Positions 1-8,120 of a stretch of 36,877 bases of DNA are shown one piece after another. Under the pieces are notes generated by a model. The model did no database searches, was not told the origin of the DNA, and saw nothing but the letters and a program-made list of their open reading frames with translations. The DNA comes from a virus (Duplodnaviria; Caudoviricetes). Location of the stretch: IMG/VR virus record IMGVR_UViG_3300010362_000056, positions 1 to 36,877 of that record; one strand, 5' to 3'. Within the stretch, counting starts at the first letter, position 1. Each line of letters starts with the position of its first letter. The translations under genes and the position numbers were made by a program.

Positions 1-335
1 CGAGCCGGAGAAATTCAGAAGACCCGCAGTCTGTAAGCGTGCCGTCACCGAGTAGAGGCCCGAGACCTAAGAGCGAGCCGACGCCGTCGAAGCGAAGAAG
101 CCCCGTGAGAAGGAAGCGAGCCGCCGAAGCTTAGAGACCCGAACCAGCGAAGCGAGCCGTGCAAAGACCCGTCACGCTGGAGCGAGCCGGACATGGCGAG
201 AGACACGTTGGAGTCCAGCGAGCCGACACGTCCAAGAGTCCCGAAAGGAGATAGCGAGCCGTCGTGGCGTAGAGAACCGACCGAAGTGCAAGCGTGCCGT
301 AACAGGCAAGAGACCCACGGAGCCAAAGCGAACCA
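1..335 (+). ncRNA. TIGR-like dual-repeat guide array 1 (about 9 units, truncated by the window start)
   Basis: AGCG(A/T)GCCG and AGAGACCCG-like 9-10 nt repeats alternate with mostly 9-nt variable spacers, giving a 36-nt period. Example: AGCGAGCCG 115-123, CCGAAGCTT, AGAGACCCG 133-141, AACCAGCGA, AGCGAGCCG 151-159. Confidence 0.85.
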
Positions 336-356
336 ACAACGACGAGGAGAAATCCC

Positions 357-1109
357 ATGGCCGAGATCAACCGTAAGGTCCTCGACATCAGTCACCACAA
401 CAACGTCACATCGTGGGAGCAGGTCAAAGCCGCCGGGATTGTCGGCATCATTCACAAGGCGACCGAGGGCACGAGCTACACCGACAATCAGTATCTGCCG
501 CGCGCGAAGCAGGCGCTCAATGCCGGGCTGTTGTGGGGCGCCTATCACTTCGCCAACAACAGCGACGTCGAGGCTCAGGTCAACCAGTTTCTCCGTGTCG
601 TCGGCATCGACAACGAGACGCTCTATGCGCTCGACTGGGAGGATGAGCCGAACGGCAAGACCATGTCGCGCGATCAGGCGAAGCGCTTCCTGCAATTGCT
701 CGAAGAGCGCACCGGCCGCAAGGGCGTGGTCTATTCCGGCAACCGGGCGAAGGAAGCGCTCGGCAAGGATCACGACGAGTACTTCGGCGCGCACAGGCTT
801 TGGCTCGCGCAGTACGGCTCGACGCCGCAGGCACAAGTCTCGTGGGATGAAATCTGGCTCTGGCAATATTCCGATGGTCAGGTCGGCCCACAGCCGCGCG
901 GTTGCCCGGGCGTGACGGGCTACGTCGATACGAACTCGTGGGACTTTTCCGACGACGACTTGCGCGCGCAATGGTCGGGCTGCGACGAGGCCCCGGCGCC
1001 TGGACCGACGCCCGAGACCGCAGTCGTCAGCATGCGGCTCACGTCGGATCGCCCGGTGACGGTCAAGATCGAGACCGGCCTCGGCGTGCAAATCGAGTAC
1101 CAGCCGTAG
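357..1109 (+). CDS. GH25 family muramidase (endolysin-like)
   Basis: Motifs DISHHN, KATEG, GAYHF, LDWE, LWLAQY, LWQYSD and VDTN are typical of glycoside hydrolase family 25. GAGGAG RBS upstream. Confidence 0.9.
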   Translation: MAEINRKVLDISHHNNVTSWEQVKAAGIVGIIHKATEGTSYTDNQYLPRAKQALNAGLLWGAYHFANNSDVEAQVNQFLRVVGIDNETLYALDWEDEPNGKTMSRDQAKRFLQLLEERTGRKGVVYSGNRAKEALGKDHDEYFGAHRLWLAQYGSTPQAQVSWDEIWLWQYSDGQVGPQPRGCPGVTGYVDTNSWDFSDDDLRAQWSGCDEAPAPGPTPETAVVSMRLTSDRPVTVKIETGLGVQIEYQP

Positions 1110-1111
1110 CC

Positions 1112-1438
1112 ATGAAGCAGTACCAAGGCACGCGCATCGAGGGCGGCAAGTGCGTCGTCGAGGTGATCGGGTGCGACAGCCGCCGGAAGCTCAACCCGCG
1201 GCTCGACCTGTCCAATCATTCGCCCACGGGCTTCGAGTGGGGCTATGGCGGCTCAGGCCCGGCACAGCTCGCGCTCGCATTGCTCGCCGATGTGATGGGC
1301 GACGACGACGCTGCGCTGCGCATGCATCAGCACTTCAAGTTCATGATCGTGAGCAGGCTGCCGCGCGAACGCTGGCATCTGAGCGAGCGTGATATCCGCG
1401 ATTTCATCGACGACCACTTCACGGGCGGTCTGAAATGA
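1112..1438 (+). CDS. Conserved hypothetical protein (DUF6166-like)
   Basis: HSPTGFEWGYGGSGPAQLALALL motif. The ATG lies just after the muramidase stop codon. Confidence 0.7.
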   Translation: MKQYQGTRIEGGKCVVEVIGCDSRRKLNPRLDLSNHSPTGFEWGYGGSGPAQLALALLADVMGDDDAALRMHQHFKFMIVSRLPRERWHLSERDIRDFIDDHFTGGLK

Positions 1439-1695
1439 AGAACGAACGAGTCGAACGGCATATCGACCAGATGAATACGTTCGGCAACATGGTCAAAGCC
1501 TCGATCGGCGTCAGCGTCGAAGCGTGCCTCGACGTCGGCGAGGAGCAAGGCGTGCCCGATCATTTGATGCGCTCGGCAGTTGCTGCCGAAGGTCTGCTGC
1601 TCGCGGCCAAGATGGTCGCGCACAAGAATCATCCCGAGAGCTTCATGCGCATGGCGCGCGCGGCGTTCGAGGCCGCCACTAAGAAAGGCACATGA
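1435..1695 (+). CDS. Hypothetical protein
   Basis: ATGA overlap with the upstream gene and GC3-rich codon usage. Confidence 0.65.
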   Translation: MKNERVERHIDQMNTFGNMVKASIGVSVEACLDVGEEQGVPDHLMRSAVAAEGLLLAAKMVAHKNHPESFMRMARAAFEAATKKGT

Positions 1696-1859
1696 TCAAA
1701 ACGTGGGTCCTGATCATCCTCATCGGCGGGCAGAGTCAGCCGATCGTTGTGCCCGACTACGGGGCCAGCGCCGAATGTGAGCAAGCCCGCGCCATCATGG
1801 AGCGGTGGTCGAGAAACGCCCGCGCTGTCTGCATCCCCGGCCCGGTGCGGCCGAATTGA
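1692..1859 (+). CDS. Small protein with hydrophobic N-terminus and two Cys (55 aa)
   Basis: Read manually as MIKTWVLIILIGGQSQPIVVPDYGASAECEQARAIMERWSRNARAVCIPGPVRPN. ATGA overlap and AAAGG RBS. Too short for the ORF track. Confidence 0.55.
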   Translation: MIKTWVLIILIGGQSQPIVVPDYGASAECEQARAIMERWSRNARAVCIPGPVRPN

Positions 1860-1869
1860 GGAGGACGAG

Positions 1870-2016
1870 GTGAAGCAAGACGAAGCCGACGCCATGCATG
1901 CGGAGCTGCAGGAGCTGAAAGGCCGCCTGCACGAGCTGCAGGAGGCGCTCGCCGAGCTGCGATCGACACCGCAGCCATCGGCGCCGAAGAATTCGAAGCA
2001 GCCCAAAGTGAAGTGA
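1870..2016 (+). CDS. Small coiled-coil protein
   Basis: GTG start after GAGGAGG. Heptad pattern ELQELKGRLHELQEALAEL. Confidence 0.5.
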   Translation: MKQDEADAMHAELQELKGRLHELQEALAELRSTPQPSAPKNSKQPKVK

Positions 2017-2031
2017 AGGAGTGCTCGTGTA

Positions 2032-2508
2032 ATGCGTACCATCGTGAGTGCTATCGTGCTCTTCCTGATTGCCATCACGCCTGCCGTCGCCAAGTCGAGC
2101 AAGGCGCAAGTCGCAGGCAATTGCCTCTCGCAACGCGAGGCGCGCTCGGCCTGGAGCGAGGCCTATCTCAAGTATCGCGTGGTCGACGGCCGCCGGTGCT
2201 GGTATGCGCCGGGCAAGACCATGATCGCCAAGCGAAAGAAGCCTGTCCCGGTGCGGATCGCGTCCCGCCTGCCGATCCCGGTGCAAGTCTCCGAGCCGGT
2301 AGCCGAGCGAGTCATCACCCAGGAGCCCGACAATCTCGACCGCGTGCATCAAGCGCTCTGCGGCGGACCATGCCCGCGCTTCGATCTCGATGACCCGGTG
2401 TATCAGGCGCTCTGCGGCAAACCATGCCCCGACTTCCACGCCATCTATCGCATCGAGAATGCCTTCGATGCCTTCGGACACGTCACCATCGGACGCCGCA
2501 CGTGGTGA
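2032..2508 (+). CDS. Secreted/periplasmic Cys-rich protein
   Basis: Signal-peptide-like start MRTIVSAIVLFLIAITPAVA. AAGGAG RBS. Duplicated QALCGxPCPxF motif. Confidence 0.7.
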   Translation: MRTIVSAIVLFLIAITPAVAKSSKAQVAGNCLSQREARSAWSEAYLKYRVVDGRRCWYAPGKTMIAKRKKPVPVRIASRLPIPVQVSEPVAERVITQEPDNLDRVHQALCGGPCPRFDLDDPVYQALCGKPCPDFHAIYRIENAFDAFGHVTIGRRTW

Positions 2509-2706
2509 GGCCTGCGGTGTTCTGTCTCAAGTGAAGGAATATGCATATGCCTGCAAAACCCGCGGACATAGTACCCACTCAAGTAGCGGCGCTCTCGGCC
2601 AATGGGCGAGCGCGCGTCTATGGCGCTGGAATTCGTGTGGAATGGCGGGCCTTTCCGTCGACTCTTCGACACTTGCAATCGTCACAAATCGGTCGTCTAG
2701 TGTAGG

Positions 2707-2733
2707 ATCAAAACCACGCCAAGGGGTTTTGAT
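2707..2733. promoter_or_regulatory. Inverted repeat, candidate operator
   Basis: ATCAAAACC-N9-GGTTTTGAT, ending about 35 nt upstream of the HTH gene at 2769. Confidence 0.4.
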
Positions 2734-2768
2734 TCGGCAACGACGACGCATGTGCGGGATGCGTCCTA

Positions 2769-3197
2769 ATGGCCACAAAAAAGAACAGGACCATCGGTTC
2801 ACGTATCGCTGAGCTTGTCCATCGTCGAGGCCTCACCGTCATCGACTTCGCAGGCCGCCTTGGCGTGAGCCGATCGCAGACTCACAACTATCTCAGCGGC
2901 TACAGCGAGGTCTCAGCCGACCGGCTCAAGCAGATTGCGGCCGTGCTGGAGTGCAAGCCCGAGCACCTGCTGCAGCCGCCGGGCTCGCGCATCCCGCGAC
3001 GCATCCCGCACAAGCCGCCCCTGGTCCCGCCCAGCAGCGGCACCTCGCTCGTCCCGCCAAGCACGGCAACTTTCGTCAATGCCTTCGAGGTGGCGCGAGC
3101 GCACATCAGCGATCCCAGGTTTCGGAAAATCATCCGCGACTACATCGATGGGTTGCAGCGGGTTGCAAAAACCAAGAGCGAGGCACCGCAATGCTAA
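2769..3197 (+). CDS. XRE-family HTH transcriptional regulator
   Basis: IGSRIAELVHRRGLTVIDFAGRLGVSRSQTHNYLSG...LKQIAAVLEC fits an HTH_3/Cro-C1 pattern. Confidence 0.8.
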   Translation: MATKKNRTIGSRIAELVHRRGLTVIDFAGRLGVSRSQTHNYLSGYSEVSADRLKQIAAVLECKPEHLLQPPGSRIPRRIPHKPPLVPPSSGTSLVPPSTATFVNAFEVARAHISDPRFRKIIRDYIDGLQRVAKTKSEAPQC

Positions 3198-3490
3198 CGC
3201 TCATGCTGCTTCGGCCTCATCATGCAGAGGTCAACCATCGCCTGGGTCGCGACCTTGCACGCGTCAAAGCCGATCAAGCTCGCAAGCCGCCAGAACTCCA
3301 CGACGCCGATCCGCCGCTCGCCGCTTTCGACCCGCGCAAGCCATTGTTGCGAAAGGCCGATCACACGGCAAACATCCTGCTGGCGCAAGCCGCGAGCTTG
3401 CCGCTCGCGCTTCAAGGCCTCTCCCAGGCTCTTATCTCCGCGCTTGCCTTCCCCACGGAAGACAGTCCCCCGACGCGATTTCCTGGGCAT
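3194..3490 (-). CDS. XRE-family HTH regulator (repressor candidate)
   Basis: LGEALKRERQARGLRQQDVCRVIGLSQQWLARVESGERRI is a classic XRE HTH. Confidence 0.85.
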   Translation of the reverse strand: MPRKSRRGTVFRGEGKRGDKSLGEALKRERQARGLRQQDVCRVIGLSQQWLARVESGERRIGVVEFWRLASLIGFDACKVATQAMVDLCMMRPKQHER

Positions 3491-3591
3491 TGCTCGCTCT
3501 GTACGTTTATAACATACCGAATTAAGTCATTAGCTTTAGCGACGGACTTTATTCATTTTGCGCATAGCAGGCAAGACCGGGGCACAGCAGC
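3491..3591. promoter_or_regulatory. AT-rich divergent promoter region (possible genetic switch)
   Basis: AT-rich intergenic stretch (TTTATAAC, AATTAAG, TTTATTCATTTT) between the leftward HTH gene and the rightward operon. Confidence 0.5.
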
Positions 3592-3840
3592 ATGACTGCC
3601 AACCCCGAGCACGTCGACGCCCTGGTCGACGAGATAAAGCCGATCCTTGCAGGGCATGCGCCCAATCTCGTGGGCGCCGTTCTTGCCGACCTGCTCGCGA
3701 TCTTTATGGCCGGACTCCATCCCGCCCTGCGCGAGGAAATCCTGGAGATGCACATCAAGTCGGTGCGCGGGCTCATCCCGATCAACGAAGCCCGCATGCG
3801 CGAAGAAGGTCGATACCCACCAGACTGGAGACCGCAATGA
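3592..3840 (+). CDS. Hypothetical protein
   Basis: GC3-rich ORF overlapping the next gene by ATGA. Confidence 0.65.
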   Translation: MTANPEHVDALVDEIKPILAGHAPNLVGAVLADLLAIFMAGLHPALREEILEMHIKSVRGLIPINEARMREEGRYPPDWRPQ

Positions 3841-4196
3841 AAGGCGAGCTGCTCACCCTCAAGCCCGACGGCACCCGCGACAAGCAACCGCTCACCGGCG
3901 AGCCCGGGCTCGACCTGCTGCACGACATTGTCGGCGGCTACATCGAGGTCGTTCCCTACTTCTCGACCATCGAGATCGACGGCGTCGTCCACAATTGCAT
4001 CGCTTTCTGCAACGAGGAGGGCAAGTTCGCACGACCCGAGCCACTGCCGCTCAACGCGCGCGCCACCGACGCGTGGGACAGCTCGATGCGCCGCGCAGGC
4101 ATCCCGACCGGCGCGATGCCTGATCACCTCGTCGGAAATATCGCCGTGATAATCGGCGACGAAGTTCTGCAGGCCATGCGAACCGACAGCGATTGA
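3837..4196 (+). CDS. DUF3846-like protein
   Basis: LHDIVGGYIEVV...FCNEEGK...LPLNARAT...LVGNIAVI pattern. GGAG RBS. Confidence 0.75.
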   Translation: MKGELLTLKPDGTRDKQPLTGEPGLDLLHDIVGGYIEVVPYFSTIEIDGVVHNCIAFCNEEGKFARPEPLPLNARATDAWDSSMRRAGIPTGAMPDHLVGNIAVIIGDEVLQAMRTDSD

Positions 4197-4227
4197 AAAA
4201 CAAAACCGCTGAAGTGAAGGGGACACT

Positions 4228-4902
4228 ATGAAGCTAGCGAAGCACCACCGCGAGATCACAGACGAATTAGCACGCTACGGAATCAAGCCGGACATCGAGC
4301 CCAACGGCCGCGGCCACGTGCTCATGCACTGGCGCGTGCACGGTCATCATCAAAGCATCACGGTCGCGAAAACACCGAGCGACTGGCGCGCACAACGCAA
4401 CAACATCGCGAAGGTGCGCCGCCTCCTGCGCAACGCAGGCGTCGACACCACTGCCGAGCAAACCGTGAGCGTGCCGCTCTGCAGCCTGTCACCACAGCAG
4501 CGGCAAACCATCTTGCTCGAAGACCGCATCACGCAGCTTGAACGCGACGTCGCCATGCTGCTCGACCGCCTCACCGCTCCGGAGCTGCCAGCACCAGCAC
4601 TGGCGATCGAGCCGCCACCGCCGCCCGCACCGATCGAGGAGCCGCCACCGCCCAGGCGGCACCGCGGGCGCCCGCGGGCAGACCTGTCATGGCTGTGGCG
4701 CGTCATGCGCTACGATGCTTTTCGGCCGTACGACGCCATCGCCAAGGATGCTGGCCGCAGGGTCGGCTATGTGAGCACGGTGCTCATCCGACTGAAAAAG
4801 CGCGGGCTGGTCGAGCATCGGTACCGCGAAGGCTGGCGCAAGCATCGCAGCGTCGAGCGCACCAACGGCCACGCCAACGGGCACGCGGAGGCGCGGCCAT
4901 GA
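4228..4902 (+). CDS. Protein with HicA-like N-terminal fold, Pro-rich linker and putative C-terminal wHTH
   Basis: N-terminus GRGHVLM...ITVAKTPSDWRAQRNNIAKVRR. PPPPP linker. C-terminus IAKDAGRRVGYVSTVLIRLKKRGLV. Confidence 0.55.
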   Translation: MKLAKHHREITDELARYGIKPDIEPNGRGHVLMHWRVHGHHQSITVAKTPSDWRAQRNNIAKVRRLLRNAGVDTTAEQTVSVPLCSLSPQQRQTILLEDRITQLERDVAMLLDRLTAPELPAPALAIEPPPPPAPIEEPPPPRRHRGRPRADLSWLWRVMRYDAFRPYDAIAKDAGRRVGYVSTVLIRLKKRGLVEHRYREGWRKHRSVERTNGHANGHAEARP

Positions 4903-5102
4903 GCGTCGGCGAGATCAATTCAGGCAGCACGGAATTCGCCAAGCTTGCCGAGGGCATCTGTCCCGACTGCGGTCATCGCGGCTTCGTGCTCGGGCCACGC
5001 GGCGGAGCCAGCATCAACGTCGAGTGTGGGAATCGTGTGTGCGCAGCACGATTCAGTCTTGCCACGTTCGGATGGGAGTTGATGGCCGCGCAACGAATCT
5101 AA
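4899..5102 (+). CDS. Small zinc-ribbon protein
   Basis: CPDCG...ECGNRVC motif and ATGA overlap. Confidence 0.65.
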   Translation: MSVGEINSGSTEFAKLAEGICPDCGHRGFVLGPRGGASINVECGNRVCAARFSLATFGWELMAAQRI

Positions 5103-5557
5103 AGTGCCGTGAACGAGAAGAGCCCCTGAATACGATAGCGAGCCGCGCTACCGCAGAGACCCGAACCAGCGAAGCGAGCCGATGAACGAGAGAGACCCGC
5201 AACTCGGAAGCGAGCCGAATCTAAAATAGAGACCCGACGTGTAATAGCGACACTGAGACCCGCCGCGCCGGAAGCGTGAGAGAACCGAGACCATAAGCGA
5301 GCCGCGAAAATGAAGAGCACCGTCGACACCAAGCGAGCCGCGTGACCCGAGAGACCCGAAGCAGGCGAGCGAGCCTGGAAGTTGAAGAGACCCGTGGAAG
5401 TTTAGCGAGCCGAGCGAAGACAGAGCACCGCGGGACTCTAGCGAGCCGAGCCTAAGGAAGCGAACCGCGACAATGAAGCGAGCCGAGAGGCGCAAGAGAC
5501 CCGAAACGGCCCAGCGAGCCGAAATTGGAAAGAGACCCGTGAAAACCTAGCGACCCA
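5101..5557 (+). ncRNA. TIGR-like dual-repeat guide array 2 (about 11 intact plus 2 degenerate units), upstream of the tas gene
   Basis: AGCGAGCCG at 5137, 5173 and 5209 and AGAGACCCG at 5155 and 5191 give an exact 36-nt period with 9-nt spacers. Ends at AGCGACCCA 5549-5557. Confidence 0.88.
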
Positions 5558-5573
5558 GGAAGGGGAGAGTGAC

Positions 5574-6554
5574 ATGCCTTACGAACCAAGGATTCGATCG
5601 CTGAGAGTAATGGTGAAATCCGCCTATGCCCTCCAAAAACTTAGAATCCAAACAGGCTTACGCCTTTGCGCAAACCTGCGCGCCAAGCTCAAGGATGAGG
5701 CGCCGACCGAAACGCTGGTCGATGCCGATGCCGAGGATCTCAGCGCCGACGCCAAGAAGCTCATCAAGGACTTGTACGCTGCATATCGGCGGCTCACCGA
5801 CGGCGTGGCGAAGCGGCGCACGTTGCCTGCCGAGCGCGGCTTTCAAGGCGAGGGCGTGATCTCCGACTTCGCCGAGCTGGTGATCGCGCACAGTTACTTC
5901 GAGCTTGAACGTCAGGAGCGCGAGCAATTCCGCCTCATGGGCGAGGTGCTCGATACGATCCCGGTCTACAAGCACTGGCTCGGCAAGCAAGTCGGCATCG
6001 GCCCGGCCATGGCGGGCGTGCTGGTCACGTACTTCGATATCAACAAGGCGAGCTATCCGTCGCAGTTCTGGGCGTTCGCCGGGCTCGACGTCGGCCCGCC
6101 CATCAACGGCGTGCACCTCGCACGATCGCGGCGCAAGGAGCACCTCGTCGAGCGCTCGTATGTCGATCGCAACGGCGAGACCAAGACCAAGATGTCAACG
6201 ACGTTCGATCCGTGGCTTCAATCGAAGCTCATGGGCGCACTGGCGGTGTCGTTGATCAGGCTCAACTCGCCGTACCGGAGCTACTACGACTACTATCGGC
6301 ACCGGATCGAGAGCGACCCGAACCGCATGAAGGGCACGCTCAAGGACAAGAAGAAGCTGAGAGACGCAGGCGAGAGCGGCGAGAACCTGTGGCATCCCCT
6401 GCGAATTCACCGCGCGAGCCTGCGATACATGGTCAAACAGTTTTTGGCCGACTTCTGGCGGCAGTGGCGCGAGATCGAGAAGTTGCCGACGCGTCCTAGA
6501 TACCAAGAACAGTATCTTGGCCACCGCCACCACGGTCAGGCGGCGGCCGAGTAA
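5574..6554 (+). CDS. tasA: TasA-like Nop-domain / IS110-related RNA-binding protein lacking a nuclease domain
   Basis: IS110/Nop-like coiled coil (LRVMVKSAYALQKLRIQTGLRL), HhH-like VGIGPAMAGVL...SQFWAFAGL, and C-terminal RIHRASLRYMVKQFLADFW. No N-terminal DEDD/RuvC or HNH. Directly flanked on both sides by 36-nt dual-repeat arrays. Confidence 0.8.
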   Translation: MPYEPRIRSLRVMVKSAYALQKLRIQTGLRLCANLRAKLKDEAPTETLVDADAEDLSADAKKLIKDLYAAYRRLTDGVAKRRTLPAERGFQGEGVISDFAELVIAHSYFELERQEREQFRLMGEVLDTIPVYKHWLGKQVGIGPAMAGVLVTYFDINKASYPSQFWAFAGLDVGPPINGVHLARSRRKEHLVERSYVDRNGETKTKMSTTFDPWLQSKLMGALAVSLIRLNSPYRSYYDYYRHRIESDPNRMKGTLKDKKKLRDAGESGENLWHPLRIHRASLRYMVKQFLADFWRQWREIEKLPTRPRYQEQYLGHRHHGQAAAE

Positions 6555-6555
6555 A

Positions 6556-7068
6556 AGCGAGCCGGGATGCCGCAGAGACCCGAGATATTCCAGCGAGCCG
6601 CTCGGCATTAGAGCCCCGTAGAGTCGCAGCGAGCCGCATGAAGTCAGAGACCCGAACCGGAGTAGCGAGCCGTACACCACGAGAGCCCCGGAACCGATAA
6701 GCGAGCCGCGCGAAGTTAGAGACCCGAGCGGTAGAAGCGAGCCGACCCAGCGCAAGAGACCCGAGGTGGTAGAGCGAGCCGCGATGCAACAGAGACCCGA
6801 GGGGGAACAGCGAGCCGACATCGAAAAGGTGACCCGCAAAGCAGCTAGCGAGCCGAGGCGCCGCAGAGACCCGTTGTAGTAGAGCGTGCCGCCCAAAGTA
6901 AGAGAAACCGGAAGTGGACAGCGAGCCGACCTCGCACAGAAGACCCGGGAAGACGAAGCGAGCCGCGTTCGAGAAGAGACCCGTGCCGCACGAGCGAGCC
7001 TGGACCCGTGAGAGCCCCGTAACGAAATAGCGAGCCGATAACCGCGAGAGAACCGATGGATTACAGCG
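6556..7068 (+). ncRNA. TIGR-like dual-repeat guide array 3 (14 units), downstream of the tas gene
   Basis: Starts 2 nt after the TAA: AGCGAGCCG-GGATGCCGC-AGAGACCCG-AGATATTCC-AGCGAGCCG. Runs through to ATGGATTAC-AGCG, just before the ATG at 7070. Confidence 0.9.
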
Positions 7069-7069
7069 T

Positions 7070-7459
7070 ATGCGTGCCATCCTGATCGACCCTGAAATGC
7101 GAACCGTCAGCTACATCCAGCTCCCCCGCGACGCCGTCGAGGAGATGCACACCATCATCGGATGTGAAGGCCTTGATCACATGACGATCTCCGACATGCA
7201 CGATTCGTTGTGGGTCGACGACATGGGGCTGCGCAAGGGGCCGGTTTATGCGTTCAAGCTGCCGATCGCGCGCGATCCGATTCCGGGCCGGGCGATCGTG
7301 ATTGGTGCCGACGAGGCGGGCCGGACGTGCCCGCCATTCTTCCCGATCGACATCTTGCGCCGGGAGATCGAGTGGCTCGGGCGCATCGTGCCCGAAGTAA
7401 ATTGGTTCGAGGAAGGCAACCGTCACTATGCCGTCGTCACCTACGCCCGAGAAAAATAG
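7070..7459 (+). CDS. DUF3846-like hypothetical protein
   Basis: MRAILIDP...MHTIIGC...LWVDDMGL...IPGRAIVIG pattern. Confidence 0.65.
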   Translation: MRAILIDPEMRTVSYIQLPRDAVEEMHTIIGCEGLDHMTISDMHDSLWVDDMGLRKGPVYAFKLPIARDPIPGRAIVIGADEAGRTCPPFFPIDILRREIEWLGRIVPEVNWFEEGNRHYAVVTYAREK

Positions 7460-8120
7460 CCGCAAGTGCGGTGATTGCACCTTGTGCTGCCGACTGCTGC
7501 CGCAGAAGGCGGGCACACACAGGCGCGTCGAGATCACGGAAGCGATCAACGCCATGACCGAGCGCGGGCTCGTCGACCCGAAGGACTTCGTCGGCATGCT
7601 GCCCGAATTCGACAAGGCGGCAGGCGAGCGCTGCCAGCACCAACGTTTGCACGGCTGCGGCATCTATGCGCGGCGGCCGTTTAGTTGCCGGTTCTGGAAT
7701 TGCCGTTGGCTGGTCAACAACGACATGGACGGCATGCGGCGGCCTGATCGTGCGCACTACGTCGTCGACATCATGCCGGACTTCGTGACGCTGCAGGCGG
7801 GCGATGCCGAGCCGTTCAACATCGAGGTCGTGCAGATATGGATTGATCCGCGCCACGGCGACGCTTGGCGCAAGGATGCTGCCCTCATGGCCTACATCGA
7901 GCGCCGGGCGCATGAGGGCATTGCGGCACTCGTCCGTTCCGACGCGAAACAGGCGACCACCGTCTTCGCGCCGCCCATGGCGAGCGACAAGCAGTGGCAC
8001 GAGATCGCCGGGCGCGGCAGTGGCGAGCACCGCGGCCAAGCCCTGATCGAGGGAATCGCCAAGGCGCGCCACGTCATCATCAAGCCAGAGGAAGAAGATG
8101 GCCGATCGCGCGTACCTTGA
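7428..8120 (+). CDS. YkgJ/CxxCxxCC-type Cys-cluster (Zn/Fe-chelating) protein
   Basis: CGDCTLCC...CQH...GCGIYARRPFSCRFWNC. Confidence 0.75.
   Translation: MPSSPTPEKNSRKCGDCTLCCRLLPQKAGTHRRVEITEAINAMTERGLVDPKDFVGMLPEFDKAAGERCQHQRLHGCGIYARRPFSCRFWNCRWLVNNDMDGMRRPDRAHYVVDIMPDFVTLQAGDAEPFNIEVVQIWIDPRHGDAWRKDAALMAYIERRAHEGIAALVRSDAKQATTVFAPPMASDKQWHEIAGRGSGEHRGQALIEGIAKARHVIIKPEEEDGRSRVP

Noticed and set aside
5574-6554. Active IS110 insertion sequence
   Set aside because: The N-terminal DEDD RuvC-like domain and the serine-containing SG motif are missing, and the flanks are multi-unit arrays rather than IS ends.
6195-6896. Minus-strand ORFs with periodic GSL/ARS motifs (also 45-1091, 5148-5495, 6496-7080, 8080-8988)
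   Set aside because: These are translation artefacts of the 18/36-nt repeat periodicity read antisense. They overlap better-supported + strand genes, and frame-breaking 8-, 10- and 11-nt spacers argue against coding.
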